Below are positions 1 to 8,986 of a DNA stretch of 51,401 nt, piece by piece. The DNA lies in the IMG/VR virus record IMGVR_UViG_3300023297_000013, positions 1 to 51,401 of that record. The stretch is one strand, 5' to 3'. The stretch's first letter is position 1. The number at the start of each line of letters is the position of its first letter. The notes under the pieces are model-generated. The model made no database searches. It was not told the DNA's origin and was given only the letters and a program-made list of their open reading frames with translations. The DNA is from a virus (Duplodnaviria; Caudoviricetes). The position numbers were made by a program, and so were the translations under genes.

Positions 1-126
1 TATTTTATTTTATTTTATTTTATTTTATTTTATTTTATTTTATTTTATTTTATTTTATTTTATTTTATTTTATTTTATTTTATTTTATTTTATTTTATTT
101 TATTTTATTTTATTTTATTTTATTTT
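1..126. repeat. (TATTT)n tandem repeat, about 25 units, running off the window start
   Basis: Directly visible 5-nt period. Confidence 0.95.
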
Positions 127-539
127 ACGAGATGAAGATGAGGTCTCTTAGACATTATCTTAGATAATTCCCCAACTTTTGGTAATGCATTTATTGCTCC
201 TGCTGGAGCCATTTTAATTCCAGTCAGTCTTTCTTGCAAATTAGAAACAAAGTTTTTATATATTGAAAATAGTTTTGCGTCAGGAGTCCCTTCAAAAAGA
301 ATCAAATCTTTCATAAGAGGAAACCTCTTTAACATTTCATCTGCTTCTAAAACGAAAGTTGGAATTGCTTGTCTGATCATATCCCTTATTCCCTCTGGAG
401 TTTGTATTGAAGATAAGACTCCTGGATATTTTAGACAAATATATCCTTCCCTTTCTACCTCTTCTATTATTTTCTCTCCGATCAAAAATCCTATTCCAAT
501 TACGCTATAAACTTTTACTCTCGACACTTCGTTTTTCAT
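120..539 (-). CDS. hypothetical protein
   Basis: 139-aa ORF, purine-rich RBS upstream, co-oriented with neighbours. Confidence 0.75.
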   Translation of the reverse strand: MKNEVSRVKVYSVIGIGFLIGEKIIEEVEREGYICLKYPGVLSSIQTPEGIRDMIRQAIPTFVLEADEMLKRFPLMKDLILFEGTPDAKLFSIYKNFVSNLQERLTGIKMAPAGAINALPKVGELSKIMSKRPHLHLVK

Positions 540-541
540 TT

Positions 542-814
542 CTACTCCTCCTTTTCATTTTTATTATCAGTTATATCTGTTAAACCAAAGATTCCTTTTT
601 GGTCTTTCATATACCACGTTGCCAAAGTCTTAAATACTTTCTGTGATATTTTTAAAGTACATGAACCACATGAACCACATGAACCAATAGTCAGTTTCAC
701 AATACAAAGATCACAGGAATCAGAATCAATCTCGATCTCGTCATTAAGATATCTTAATCCACTTACACTTAATTGGCCTTCATCAAATCCATCTTTACAA
801 TCGCATGGTCTCAT
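542..814 (-). CDS. hypothetical Cys-containing protein (MRPCDC start, GSC x3 from a 9-nt tandem repeat)
   Basis: ORF with AGGAAAGGA RBS; ATGAACCAC repeated at 661-687. Confidence 0.65.
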   Translation of the reverse strand: MRPCDCKDGFDEGQLSVSGLRYLNDEIEIDSDSCDLCIVKLTIGSCGSCGSCTLKISQKVFKTLATWYMKDQKGIFGLTDITDNKNEKEE

Positions 815-853
815 CTTATTTCCTTTCCTTCTTCTTTCCTTCTTCTTTTGTTC

Positions 854-1117
854 TTAGTCTTTCTTTACCGGTACAAGAATTGTTGCTCCGGTATTATCTT
901 TGCCAAGAATCCACTCTACATAATCTCCTTGATAAACTGGTTGCAAACGAAACCCTCTATTTACAAATTCTCCTTCTGTTCTTATTTCAAGTGTAAATGA
1001 TAATGAATCTATCGATAAATTAATTGTTTTACTTTCATCAATTTTTATTTCTCTTGGTGATTCTGTATTCTCTGAAACCAATCTTAATCTCCTCATTTTT
1101 TCTCTCTCTCCATCCAT
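854..1117 (-). CDS. hypothetical protein
   Basis: 87-aa ORF with GGAGG RBS. Confidence 0.65.
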   Translation of the reverse strand: MDGEREKMRRLRLVSENTESPREIKIDESKTINLSIDSLSFTLEIRTEGEFVNRGFRLQPVYQGDYVEWILGKDNTGATILVPVKKD

Positions 1118-1403
1118 TCTTTTCCTCCTTCTTTTTCTACTTCCTTTCTACTTCCTTTCTACTTCCTTTGTTCTCTCAGTCTAAAAATAAGTTCTCCTCA
1201 GTCTAATTTATTCTCTTTCTCTAATTTTCAGAAAGCTTGTAGACCCTTTATCTATACGCTTTTAGAGATAAAGAACCAACGCCATTGTATTTGAACTTTG
1301 TACCCATGTACTCACACCACATAGATTAAGTATATTTATTATTTAGTTAAGTTATATTTATGTATGTATTTGAACATTGATATTTGATAACAATTTATGT
1401 ATT

Positions 1404-1497
1404 GATTGTATTAAGATTGTTTATTAAGATTGTATTAAGATTGTTTATTAAGATTGTATTAAGATTGTATTAAGATTGTATTAAGATTGTTTATTAA
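1404..1497. repeat. intergenic tandem repeat of TTAAGATTGT(A/TTA) units
   Basis: Directly visible 11/13-nt units. Confidence 0.85.
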
Positions 1498-1503
1498 GAG
1501 TAT

Positions 1504-1797
1504 TCAGAGCATGAAGATTCTTCTATTCTCAACTCCATCTCGTATTTCTTTTTCTTCTGATATATCTCTTCTTTTAAAGTATTTTATCATTATCCTTTTA
1601 CATTTCATTTCTCTTTTCAATAATGATTTACCCGTATCACTTAACTTATGTACTATTAATTTCCATTGGTTTCTATTTAAAAATCTTCTGGCAGTTTTTG
1701 GTTTCATTGGTTTCGTTGGTTTCATTGGTTTCGTTGGTTTCATTGGTTTCGTTGGTTTCATTGGTTTTCTTACACGAAGTCCTTTAATAAATGTCAT
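1504..1797 (-). CDS. hypothetical basic protein with KPM/KPT repeats
   Basis: ORF; 9-nt tandem repeat at about 1700-1765. Confidence 0.55.
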   Translation of the reverse strand: MTFIKGLRVRKPMKPTKPMKPTKPMKPTKPMKPKTARRFLNRNQWKLIVHKLSDTGKSLLKREMKCKRIMIKYFKRRDISEEKEIRDGVENRRIFML

Positions 1798-2014
1798 TTG
1801 GTTTACTCCTTTCCTTTCTTACTTCATCTCTTCTTATTTCCATTTTAATTAATCCAGCTTCTTCTTCTTCCCATAAATACCCCGTTAAAGAATCAATAAT
1901 CTTTTCGGGTTCACCCTTACATATTACAGCAAGGTCTCTTACTGTTTTTCTTATAAAGAGATGTTTCGCAGAATACGTATTATCCCTTATGTCTATTTCC
2001 ATCTTTGTTTTCAT
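1784..2014 (-). CDS. hypothetical protein
   Basis: 76-aa ORF with AAGGAG RBS. Confidence 0.65.
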   Translation of the reverse strand: MKTKMEIDIRDNTYSAKHLFIRKTVRDLAVICKGEPEKIIDSLTGYLWEEEEAGLIKMEIRRDEVRKERSKPNDIY

Positions 2015-2126
2015 TTACTTCTACTCCTTCTACTCCTTCTACTCCTTCTTGGTCATCTTTGAGATTGTCTTTTAATATTTTCAAATCTCCTAAAGAAAGC
2101 TGAGTTGAACTTAACTCTATAAGCTT

Positions 2127-2321
2127 TTACTGCTGGAGCCATTTTAATTCCAGTGGTATTTTATCACAAGAAGAAGCAACAGGGCAATCTAAGCAACCTT
2201 TAAAAGTATTGCACTGAGATCCTGGAGGATATAGATTCTCTAATGGTTTATTCGGAGTATGAAGATTCTTCTGCTCTATCTCCTCTATTCTTTCTTCTAC
2301 CTTTTTAAATATTCCCATCAT
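2127..2321 (-). CDS. small Cys-rich hypothetical protein
   Basis: C-x5-CxxC-x5-C pattern. Confidence 0.5.
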   Translation of the reverse strand: MMGIFKKVEERIEEIEQKNLHTPNKPLENLYPPGSQCNTFKGCLDCPVASSCDKIPLELKWLQQ

Positions 2322-2442
2322 TCTTTTTTCCTTCTTTGCACCCTATTTTATACTATTTCTGATAGATCAGACACATCATTCATGAAACACCCTATTTTAT
2401 ACCTCACTTTTATACCTCACTTTTATACCTCACATTTATACC

Positions 2443-2640
2443 TCACAATAAAATCCTATTTGTAGTTATGCTATCTTCTACCTGACACAAAAACATATCG
2501 AATCTTGAACGCAACCTCCTAAGAATCTGCTCTTTTGCAATATAAAAATCATTATCGCTATATATTGCTCCGCCTAAAAACTTTGCCTCGTTCAATATCT
2601 CTGCTTCTACTTCTTCCTGTGTAATTTTAAATGATTCCAT
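2443..2640 (-). CDS. hypothetical protein
   Basis: ORF in co-oriented gene string. Confidence 0.55.
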   Translation of the reverse strand: MESFKITQEEVEAEILNEAKFLGGAIYSDNDFYIAKEQILRRLRSRFDMFLCQVEDSITTNRILL

Positions 2641-2650
2641 ATTATCTTCT

Positions 2651-2974
2651 CTATTCCTTTAATGCTTCTCTTACAGTCCATATTTCTAAATTCATTCCAA
2701 AAGGCCGTATTTTAATTGTTCCACTAAAAAGATTGACTTCTATAACTTCAACCTTAATTCCACTTTTCAAAAGAATTACTAATCCAGAATCGAAAAGTTT
2801 TTGTAAGGCTTCATAATCTTTAGATATTGACAAATCTACGACTTTATCAAGCAAGTTCTCAGATATAGCAGTAGTATGGCCTCCAACCGTATATTTTATT
2901 TGACCGGCAATCGAGACACTATAAAATAAAGAAACAAAAAATACTATTAAAAAAAGAGATTTAAAATACTTCAT
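2651..2974 (-). CDS. putative exported/membrane protein
   Basis: N-terminal signal-peptide-like MKYFKSLFLIVFFVSLFYSVSIA. Confidence 0.7.
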   Translation of the reverse strand: MKYFKSLFLIVFFVSLFYSVSIAGQIKYTVGGHTTAISENLLDKVVDLSISKDYEALQKLFDSGLVILLKSGIKVEVIEVNLFSGTIKIRPFGMNLEIWTVREALKE

Positions 2975-2975
2975 A

Positions 2976-3665
2976 TTACTCCTCCCATTCTAAAAACATT
3001 TCCATTGGTGGTCGTTTAAGAAAATCATTCCAATAAATACCCACATGCATATCCATATTACAAGGATATACTGCAAATTCACTGTCCAGCCATCTGACCT
3101 TACCGATAACTCTTTCCTGATTAAAAATTTCTTTAGGAAGAAGAACCCATTTATTAAGATCCTCTATATCGGTAATTGATTCTGCATTTAAGCAACTTAA
3201 ACTTAAAATTCTACATTTATTCAAACTATATCTTACCGTCGATGAAAGTCCATCAGGACTTATCTCTTCAGTCTCTCCATCTTTTAATTTCTTTAATGCT
3301 TCCAAAAAAGTGTACTTCTTTTCTTCGTTCCATCTCAAAGTCATCTTCATATCCGGTTTATTAAGACACTCGCCCCAAATCGCTTTTTGCCATATAGAAA
3401 AAAAAACAGGATAGACAATGTTCTCTTCTTTTTTCCAAACAACATTCTTAATGACTCTTGACTTCCGTACTTTTTTAATATACCAATTTCCAAGATAAAT
3501 AGCCGAAGATAAATAAATTTTTTGCTCATCCATAGTTTTACAAACTACCACTCCGTCTTCATTTAAAACAAAAACATTACCAAACATATCTGCCATCTCT
3601 TTGCAACTTCCGTCACTTAACCTTTTTACTGCTTCTAAGAATGTATAATCCGTTCTACTTTCCAT
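2976..3665 (-). CDS. hypothetical protein made of two internally repeated domains
   Basis: YTFLEAVKRLSDG...MKMTLRW and YTFLEALKKLKDG...MEMFLEW. Confidence 0.75.
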   Translation of the reverse strand: MESRTDYTFLEAVKRLSDGSCKEMADMFGNVFVLNEDGVVVCKTMDEQKIYLSSAIYLGNWYIKKVRKSRVIKNVVWKKEENIVYPVFFSIWQKAIWGECLNKPDMKMTLRWNEEKKYTFLEALKKLKDGETEEISPDGLSSTVRYSLNKCRILSLSCLNAESITDIEDLNKWVLLPKEIFNQERVIGKVRWLDSEFAVYPCNMDMHVGIYWNDFLKRPPMEMFLEWEE

Positions 3666-3928
3666 GACGCTTTCTCCTTTTTAATATTCATTATACTGTT
3701 TATACTGTTTATACTATTTTTAGGGAATTCAGATAATTTAGGAACGGGAAATTGAGTCCAATCTTCACCTGCTCTATATGATTTTATTCTTTTACAAACA
3801 GGAACACAAATACTTTTATATATCGACTCATATTTACAACCTTTACGGGGACTCTGTCTTGTATATCTGTCATCTAACGGGCTGATTCTCGCTGCTATCG
3901 TATTTTGGCTTGAAATATTATGAGTCAT
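3635..3928 (-). CDS. hypothetical protein
   Basis: 97-aa ORF in gene string. Confidence 0.5.
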   Translation of the reverse strand: MTHNISSQNTIAARISPLDDRYTRQSPRKGCKYESIYKSICVPVCKRIKSYRAGEDWTQFPVPKLSEFPKNSINSINSIMNIKKEKASWKVERIIHS

Positions 3929-3931
3929 ACT

Positions 3932-4282
3932 TTATTCTTTCTCCCGTTTTTCTCTTTCTACTTCTTCTTTTAATATTTTCTTTTCTAATCTTATTCTTAT
4001 TACTCTTGCCCGTTCTCTTAATAATTCAAGTTCTAATTTATCGAGCTTGGTTACTTCTATCAAATCAGAAAACGGAACTATTTCCCTGTACTTCGAAACT
4101 AAATACGCCAATGCAGTATTTTCTATTTCTAATGTTTCAACCCTCTCGGCTTCTATGATTCTATCTGCTCTTGCTAAAAACTGCATTCCTCCATATACAG
4201 TAAAAAAAGAAGAGATAATAAGAACGATAAAGCAAATAATAATTTTTCCTCTATACGAATATAATTCGTTCTTCTTTTTCAT
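3932..4282 (-). CDS. membrane-anchored coiled-coil protein
   Basis: Hydrophobic IIICFIVLIISSFF segment followed by a charged helix. Confidence 0.65.
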   Translation of the reverse strand: MKKKNELYSYRGKIIICFIVLIISSFFTVYGGMQFLARADRIIEAERVETLEIENTALAYLVSKYREIVPFSDLIEVTKLDKLELELLRERARVIRIRLEKKILKEEVEREKREKE

Positions 4283-4289
4283 GACATTC

Positions 4290-4523
4290 CTAATCCTTTA
4301 TAATCATAAGTACTTCAACTCCATTTACATCGAACTTTATTTCTTTATCCCATGCATAAATACGATTACATATTATATCCTTTTCGTACTTTTTATAAAT
4401 CTTCTTATTATAATCCATTTCGAGCCAGCAACCTCCTTCAATATTCATCTTAAAATTACAAGCCTTTTCCATCAAATCATTTGGTATTTTTTCAATTGAT
4501 TGAATTATTAGTTCTTTCTGCAT
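4290..4523 (-). CDS. hypothetical protein
   Basis: ORF with AAGGAG RBS; TATAAT box upstream at 4593-4598. Confidence 0.65.
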   Translation of the reverse strand: MQKELIIQSIEKIPNDLMEKACNFKMNIEGGCWLEMDYNKKIYKKYEKDIICNRIYAWDKEIKFDVNGVEVLMIIKD

Positions 4524-4654
4524 CTTTAAGTCTCCTTGTTACAGCCTCATACAGCCTCAGATTAGTCTTTATCCTTAACCCCTTATAATTTCATTATACA
4601 CTATTTTATAACTTATCGTAAGCCACCTCACAAATTTTACAAACTTTACAGACT

Positions 4655-5814
4655 TCACATATCGGCTTCACAACTCGGACATATATGCCCCTTACTTTCA
4701 TCAGAAACTTCTTTCAAATCGTTGTTTACCATTAGCCAAATCATATCATTAAAAGAAATACTGGGATACCAATTTAAAGTCCTATGAGCTTTTACAGCAT
4801 TACCTAATAAATTATTTACGTCTATTGGTCTATAATAACAAGGGTCAACACTAATTACTTCCTGGCCTACTTCTAAACGAGATAAAGATTTCAGAAAAGT
4901 ATATCCTCCATTATTACGTTTTTTAAGTTCCACTCTATTTATTATTCCTTTTTCATTTACTCCTTCTCCTTTCCATTCTAATTCAATACCAAAAACATCA
5001 AATGCTCTTTCACAAAACTCTCTAATAGAATGCTGTTCGCCTGTTGCGATTACAAAATCTTCTGGCTTATCTTGCTGAAGCATTAACCACATTGCACGAA
5101 CATAATCCTTTGCATATCCCCAATCCCTTTTAGAATTAAGATTTCCGAGATATAATTTATCCTGCAACCCAAGAGTAATTCTTGCTGCCGCTTTCGTAAT
5201 TTTTCTTGTAACAAAAGTTTCGCCTCTTCTTTCGGATTCATGGTTAAATAAAATACCATTACAGGCAAACATACCATACGCCTTCCTATACATATCTACA
5301 CACCAATAAGCGTATAGCTTTGCGATAGCATAAGGAGAACAAGGTTTAAAAGAAGTACTTTCATCTTGAGGGACTTCCATTGTATCCCCAAATAATTCCG
5401 AAGTTGAAGCTTGATAGAATTTAGTTTTCTTTTCTAATCCTAAAATCCTAATTGCTTCGAGCAATCTTAATGCACCAAGAGCATTTACGTCTACTGTATA
5501 TTCAGGGACACTAAAAGCAACCTTAACATGACTTTGTGCCGCCAGATTATAAATTTCATCTGGTTGTACTTCCTGAATAATACGAATTAAATTACTGGAA
5601 TCTGTTAGGTCTCCATAATAAAAAGTAATGTTTGCGCTTACATCGTGTGGATCTTGATATAAATGGTCTATTCTTTTTGTATTAAAAAGTGAAGCCCTTC
5701 TCTTTATTCCATAAACTTTATATCCTTTTTCGATAAGGAGCTCTGTTAAGTAACTTCCGTCTTGTCCTGTCATATGCCCGTGATTAGAGCTTTCTTCATT
5801 GTCTTTTTTATCAC
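4655..5814 (-). pseudogene. gmd: GDP-mannose 4,6-dehydratase with a 2-nt frameshift after codon MKKALITGI (could also be an assembly error)
   Basis: [47 protein letters not shown] motifs; the N-terminal MKKALITGI (5799-5773) lies in another frame and ends in TGA; AGGAGG RBS at 5825-5830 before GTG 5814. Confidence 0.85.
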
Positions 5815-6069
5815 GGTAGCACCACCTCCTTCATATAATATTTTTCCAAATCGTCCATTATCAGTTCTATGTTCTTCCATGTGACACTTTCTACACAAAG
5901 TCCAAATCCTCCCTTCCCAATCTAAACGATCATCCTCGTTCATTGATGGATCATGATGAATTTCAAGTTTTATTTTACTATTGCATTTTTCACAATATGT
6001 TTTTCTTTTATTTTTCTACTTACTGCCCCTCTGTTTCATTAAGCTCATCTTCAGGTGTCCAATTGCCAT
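5770..6069 (-). pseudogene. degenerate HNH endonuclease (in-frame TAG at 6016-6018)
   Basis: Hand translation: ...GSK*KNKRKTYCEKCNSKIKLEIHHD...WTLCRKCHMEEH; CxxC...HH...CxxCH pattern; not in the ORF track. Confidence 0.65.
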
Positions 6070-6078
6070 TCGTCTTCT

Positions 6079-6348
6079 TCATCTTCTCTTCCCCTTCCTT
6101 GTTGGTTCTTTTTTCTTTATATTGATCCTCTCTTTGCTCAATATACAAGAATTTTTTAATTCATAACTACTCATATCAGAATCAATAACTTCATTACTAA
6201 AAACATGGGCAAAATAACATCTGTCTATTACTGTTAATTCTAATATACAATCGTCTTTTAAATATATAGAAATATCTATATCGGGGACATTAATTTCTTC
6301 TTTTTTAATATAATCCAAAATCTCTTTTAGCACTCTTAATTTATTCAT
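6079..6348 (-). CDS. hypothetical protein
   Basis: 89-aa ORF with RBS. Confidence 0.6.
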   Translation of the reverse strand: MNKLRVLKEILDYIKKEEINVPDIDISIYLKDDCILELTVIDRCYFAHVFSNEVIDSDMSSYELKNSCILSKERINIKKKEPTRKGKRR

Positions 6349-6379
6349 TTCGCTTCCTTCTTCCTTAATTATATTCTAA

Positions 6380-6700
6380 TCATAATTTTTTATATCCATG
6401 AACAGGGCAGAACCATACATCTCTAATTTCAATAAAACTAACTCTCTTATTATATTCTTTTTCACAATTACATTTAGAAACAAAAGGAATAGAAGCAACT
6501 AACTGCCGATAATTTATCTCTTCCTCTAATTTCCTAATACGCTTTTTATAAAGTTCTGTTCTTTTATCAACCTCTCTTTGCAAATCATCATGTAAAGACC
6601 ATTTACCATTACCGCATACCACTTCCTGAACAAATTGCCTACTCGTATCAGGAATAACCCCTATCACCATATTGTATCTATTCATTTTCTTTTCCTCCAA
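6380..6700 (-). CDS. hypothetical protein with CNC...CPVHG zinc-ribbon-like end
   Basis: Paralogous to ORF 14649-14870. Confidence 0.7.
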   Translation of the reverse strand: MEEKKMNRYNMVIGVIPDTSRQFVQEVVCGNGKWSLHDDLQREVDKRTELYKKRIRKLEEEINYRQLVASIPFVSKCNCEKEYNKRVSFIEIRDVWFCPVHGYKKL

Positions 6701-7949
6701 CTACACTAATATCAGGCAACGGAAAAATAAACTTCATTCCGGCTTTCAAAAACTTTTCTTCCTTCTTAAGAATATTATCTTTAAAATGCCACGGAAGTAC
6801 AAATAAATAATCGATATTTCCAAAACCGCTTTCGGCCTCCTTCTGAGACACAATAGGAATTTTAGTTCCTGGAGTAAAGCATCCAAACTTATCCTCATTT
6901 ATTTCTACAATACAAGGAATATCTCTTTCATTAAAATTACACAACTGCAACAAGACATTGCCCTTCGTTGATGCCCCGTACCCTACAACTACTTTTCTTT
7001 CTCTATTTAACCTTTCAATAAACTCGATTAATCTACTCGTATGTTTAAATATATTCTTACGAAATTTCTTATACGGAGCCAGACTTAGAAATCCTTTCTG
7101 CTGTTCCTCCTTTAATATAGTATTAATAAAGAACTCATTGCTCAATCCCTTAACCCCACCACCTTTCTTAGCCAGTATTACTAAAAAACTGCCTCCGTTT
7201 GTAGAGTTAAATTCAACATTTACTATCTTAAAACCGACTCTATCGGCCATCCACCTTATTTGATAAAGCCCATAATATTCTAAATGCTCGTGACAGACCG
7301 TATCATAAGCATTCTGTTTTATCATCTCTGGCATATAACTTTGCTCCAGAACCCAAATCCCTTTATCATCTAATATATCGTAAACATCTTGCATAAATTC
7401 TAATGGTTTTGGTAAATCATAAAACATAGCAATAGACGTAACTACCTTTGCCTTTACACTTCTATAATGACTTCTAAAAATCTCTTTACTAAAAAAGTCA
7501 CCAAACAAGTCTACATTTGCAGGATAATACTTACTGAACTTTGCTGCTGTTGGGTCAAAAGCTACTAAATTATAATCTCCAAAATAATTTCTCAATAGAG
7601 TTCCGTCATTACTTCCAATATCAATAATCAAATCATCTGGCTGTAACGAAACCGTATTAGTAACTATTCTAACTATGGCTTGTAAATGAGCTACCATAGA
7701 GGGATTCAAGCCAGAACGATATCCATAATTATTTCCATACATCTTCTCCATATTCATAGAATGCTTTAACTGCAGAAGATGACAACAATTATCTCCATGA
7801 CATTTAACGAGTTCTAATGGAGCAACATCTACTTCTTCATTTTTAGTTTTTGGAAAAATTCCTGTTAAAGCTAATTCACCAAGATTAACTACAGGAGAAA
7901 GATTTTTATTTCCACATACTCTACATTCTTTTATTTCTTTGTATGGCAT
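6678..7949 (-). CDS. NDP-hexose C-methyltransferase (Zn-binding N-terminus, class I SAM domain, C-methyltransferase C-terminal domain)
   Basis: CRVC, YGYRSG, IDIGSNDG, YDTVCHEHLEYY, GYGASTKGN, TPGTKIPI, LPWHF motifs. Confidence 0.9.
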   Translation of the reverse strand: MPYKEIKECRVCGNKNLSPVVNLGELALTGIFPKTKNEEVDVAPLELVKCHGDNCCHLLQLKHSMNMEKMYGNNYGYRSGLNPSMVAHLQAIVRIVTNTVSLQPDDLIIDIGSNDGTLLRNYFGDYNLVAFDPTAAKFSKYYPANVDLFGDFFSKEIFRSHYRSVKAKVVTSIAMFYDLPKPLEFMQDVYDILDDKGIWVLEQSYMPEMIKQNAYDTVCHEHLEYYGLYQIRWMADRVGFKIVNVEFNSTNGGSFLVILAKKGGGVKGLSNEFFINTILKEEQQKGFLSLAPYKKFRKNIFKHTSRLIEFIERLNRERKVVVGYGASTKGNVLLQLCNFNERDIPCIVEINEDKFGCFTPGTKIPIVSQKEAESGFGNIDYLFVLPWHFKDNILKKEEKFLKAGMKFIFPLPDISVVGGKENE

Positions 7950-7953
7950 TTGT

Positions 7954-8430
7954 TTATTCCTCTTTGTTTTTTAATTTTAATATCATTAAGGGATCGTCAT
8001 TCCATAACAACCTATATATTTGATTTACCCATCTTCCAAATTCATAACAAATAACTTCTTCACTATCTTTTTCTTGCCACAGAACATCATTTGCAGTTGG
8101 ATTAATTGTTCGTAAACGGTGTATAAGAGCATGGCATAATTCATGAGCAACAATTTCCGTTGTCCATTTACCCGATATAAAATGAACTTCTCCAAGTTTA
8201 GGGGGTACTCTTTTTTCTTCTATCCCTTCTTTACTTATTTTGTAAGACCAAGAAGTAAGATTTACACATCCTGCTGATTGCCCCTTAATATTATCAAACG
8301 TATTTGCATCAAACGAGTCTTGCGAATCCCACAAGAACACATGAAAGTAATGGCTCTTTCCGGCCTTTATTCTATATTTTGCAATTAACTTAGATTCGTC
8401 TTTGATTCGTTTTGTTGGCATTTGCTTCAT
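7954..8430 (-). CDS. HExxH-motif protein (possible metallopeptidase fold)
   Basis: IVAHELCHAL plus downstream EEVIC. Confidence 0.55.
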   Translation of the reverse strand: MKQMPTKRIKDESKLIAKYRIKAGKSHYFHVFLWDSQDSFDANTFDNIKGQSAGCVNLTSWSYKISKEGIEEKRVPPKLGEVHFISGKWTTEIVAHELCHALIHRLRTINPTANDVLWQEKDSEEVICYEFGRWVNQIYRLLWNDDPLMILKLKNKEE

Positions 8431-8657
8431 TTACCTTTTACGTTTTTGATATTTATTTCCCTACCGTCTTCAAGGTCAATTCTTGCCGGAATCTTCCCAT
8501 GTCCACAACAAGAAGCTACAGTTGCAATATTTGCAGCATTCAAAGCAGCTACAATATCAGCAATACAAAAATCAATTCCTTGTACTCGTCCTTTAATCGG
8601 CATTGGTATTTGGCATTCATAAGTTCCCATTCCGCAGCATTTATTTGGCTTTTTCAT
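8427..8657 (-). CDS. conserved phage hypothetical protein
   Basis: IDFCIADIVAALN...TVASCCGHG motif; 4-nt overlaps with neighbours. Confidence 0.7.
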   Translation of the reverse strand: MKKPNKCCGMGTYECQIPMPIKGRVQGIDFCIADIVAALNAANIATVASCCGHGKIPARIDLEDGREINIKNVKGK

Positions 8658-8974
8658 TGTTCTCCTTTTGAGAATTCAATACGCGGTTTCCCACAAGCAA
8701 TACATATATTATGCTCTGGAACTGGATCCCATTCATCCTCAGAACAAACGCATCTGCTTCCAGAGTCATTATTTAGATTATCTTTCTCTTGCTGAAAATT
8801 AGATACGAGCAATGCTTTCAAAACCAAGTCATTTGTTTCGTCAGCCGTAACCCATTTTTGATTTTTATCATAAGCATAAAAAAGATTAGTATCTATATTA
8901 AAAAATATAGCGCCATAACGAACAACTGGAATTAAATTCTTAATTATTTCTTCTTGTTCTTCTCGTTCTTCCAT
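8654..8974 (-). CDS. hypothetical protein
   Basis: ORF with GGAG RBS and C-terminal CxC...CxxC. Confidence 0.6.
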   Translation of the reverse strand: MEEREEQEEIIKNLIPVVRYGAIFFNIDTNLFYAYDKNQKWVTADETNDLVLKALLVSNFQQEKDNLNNDSGSRCVCSEDEWDPVPEHNICIACGKPRIEFSKGEQ

Positions 8975-8986
8975 TTTATATTCTCC

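Noticed and set aside
1-126. (TATTT)n as a telomere or functional element
   Set aside because: It lies at the window edge and cannot be distinguished from a slippage repeat or assembly artefact
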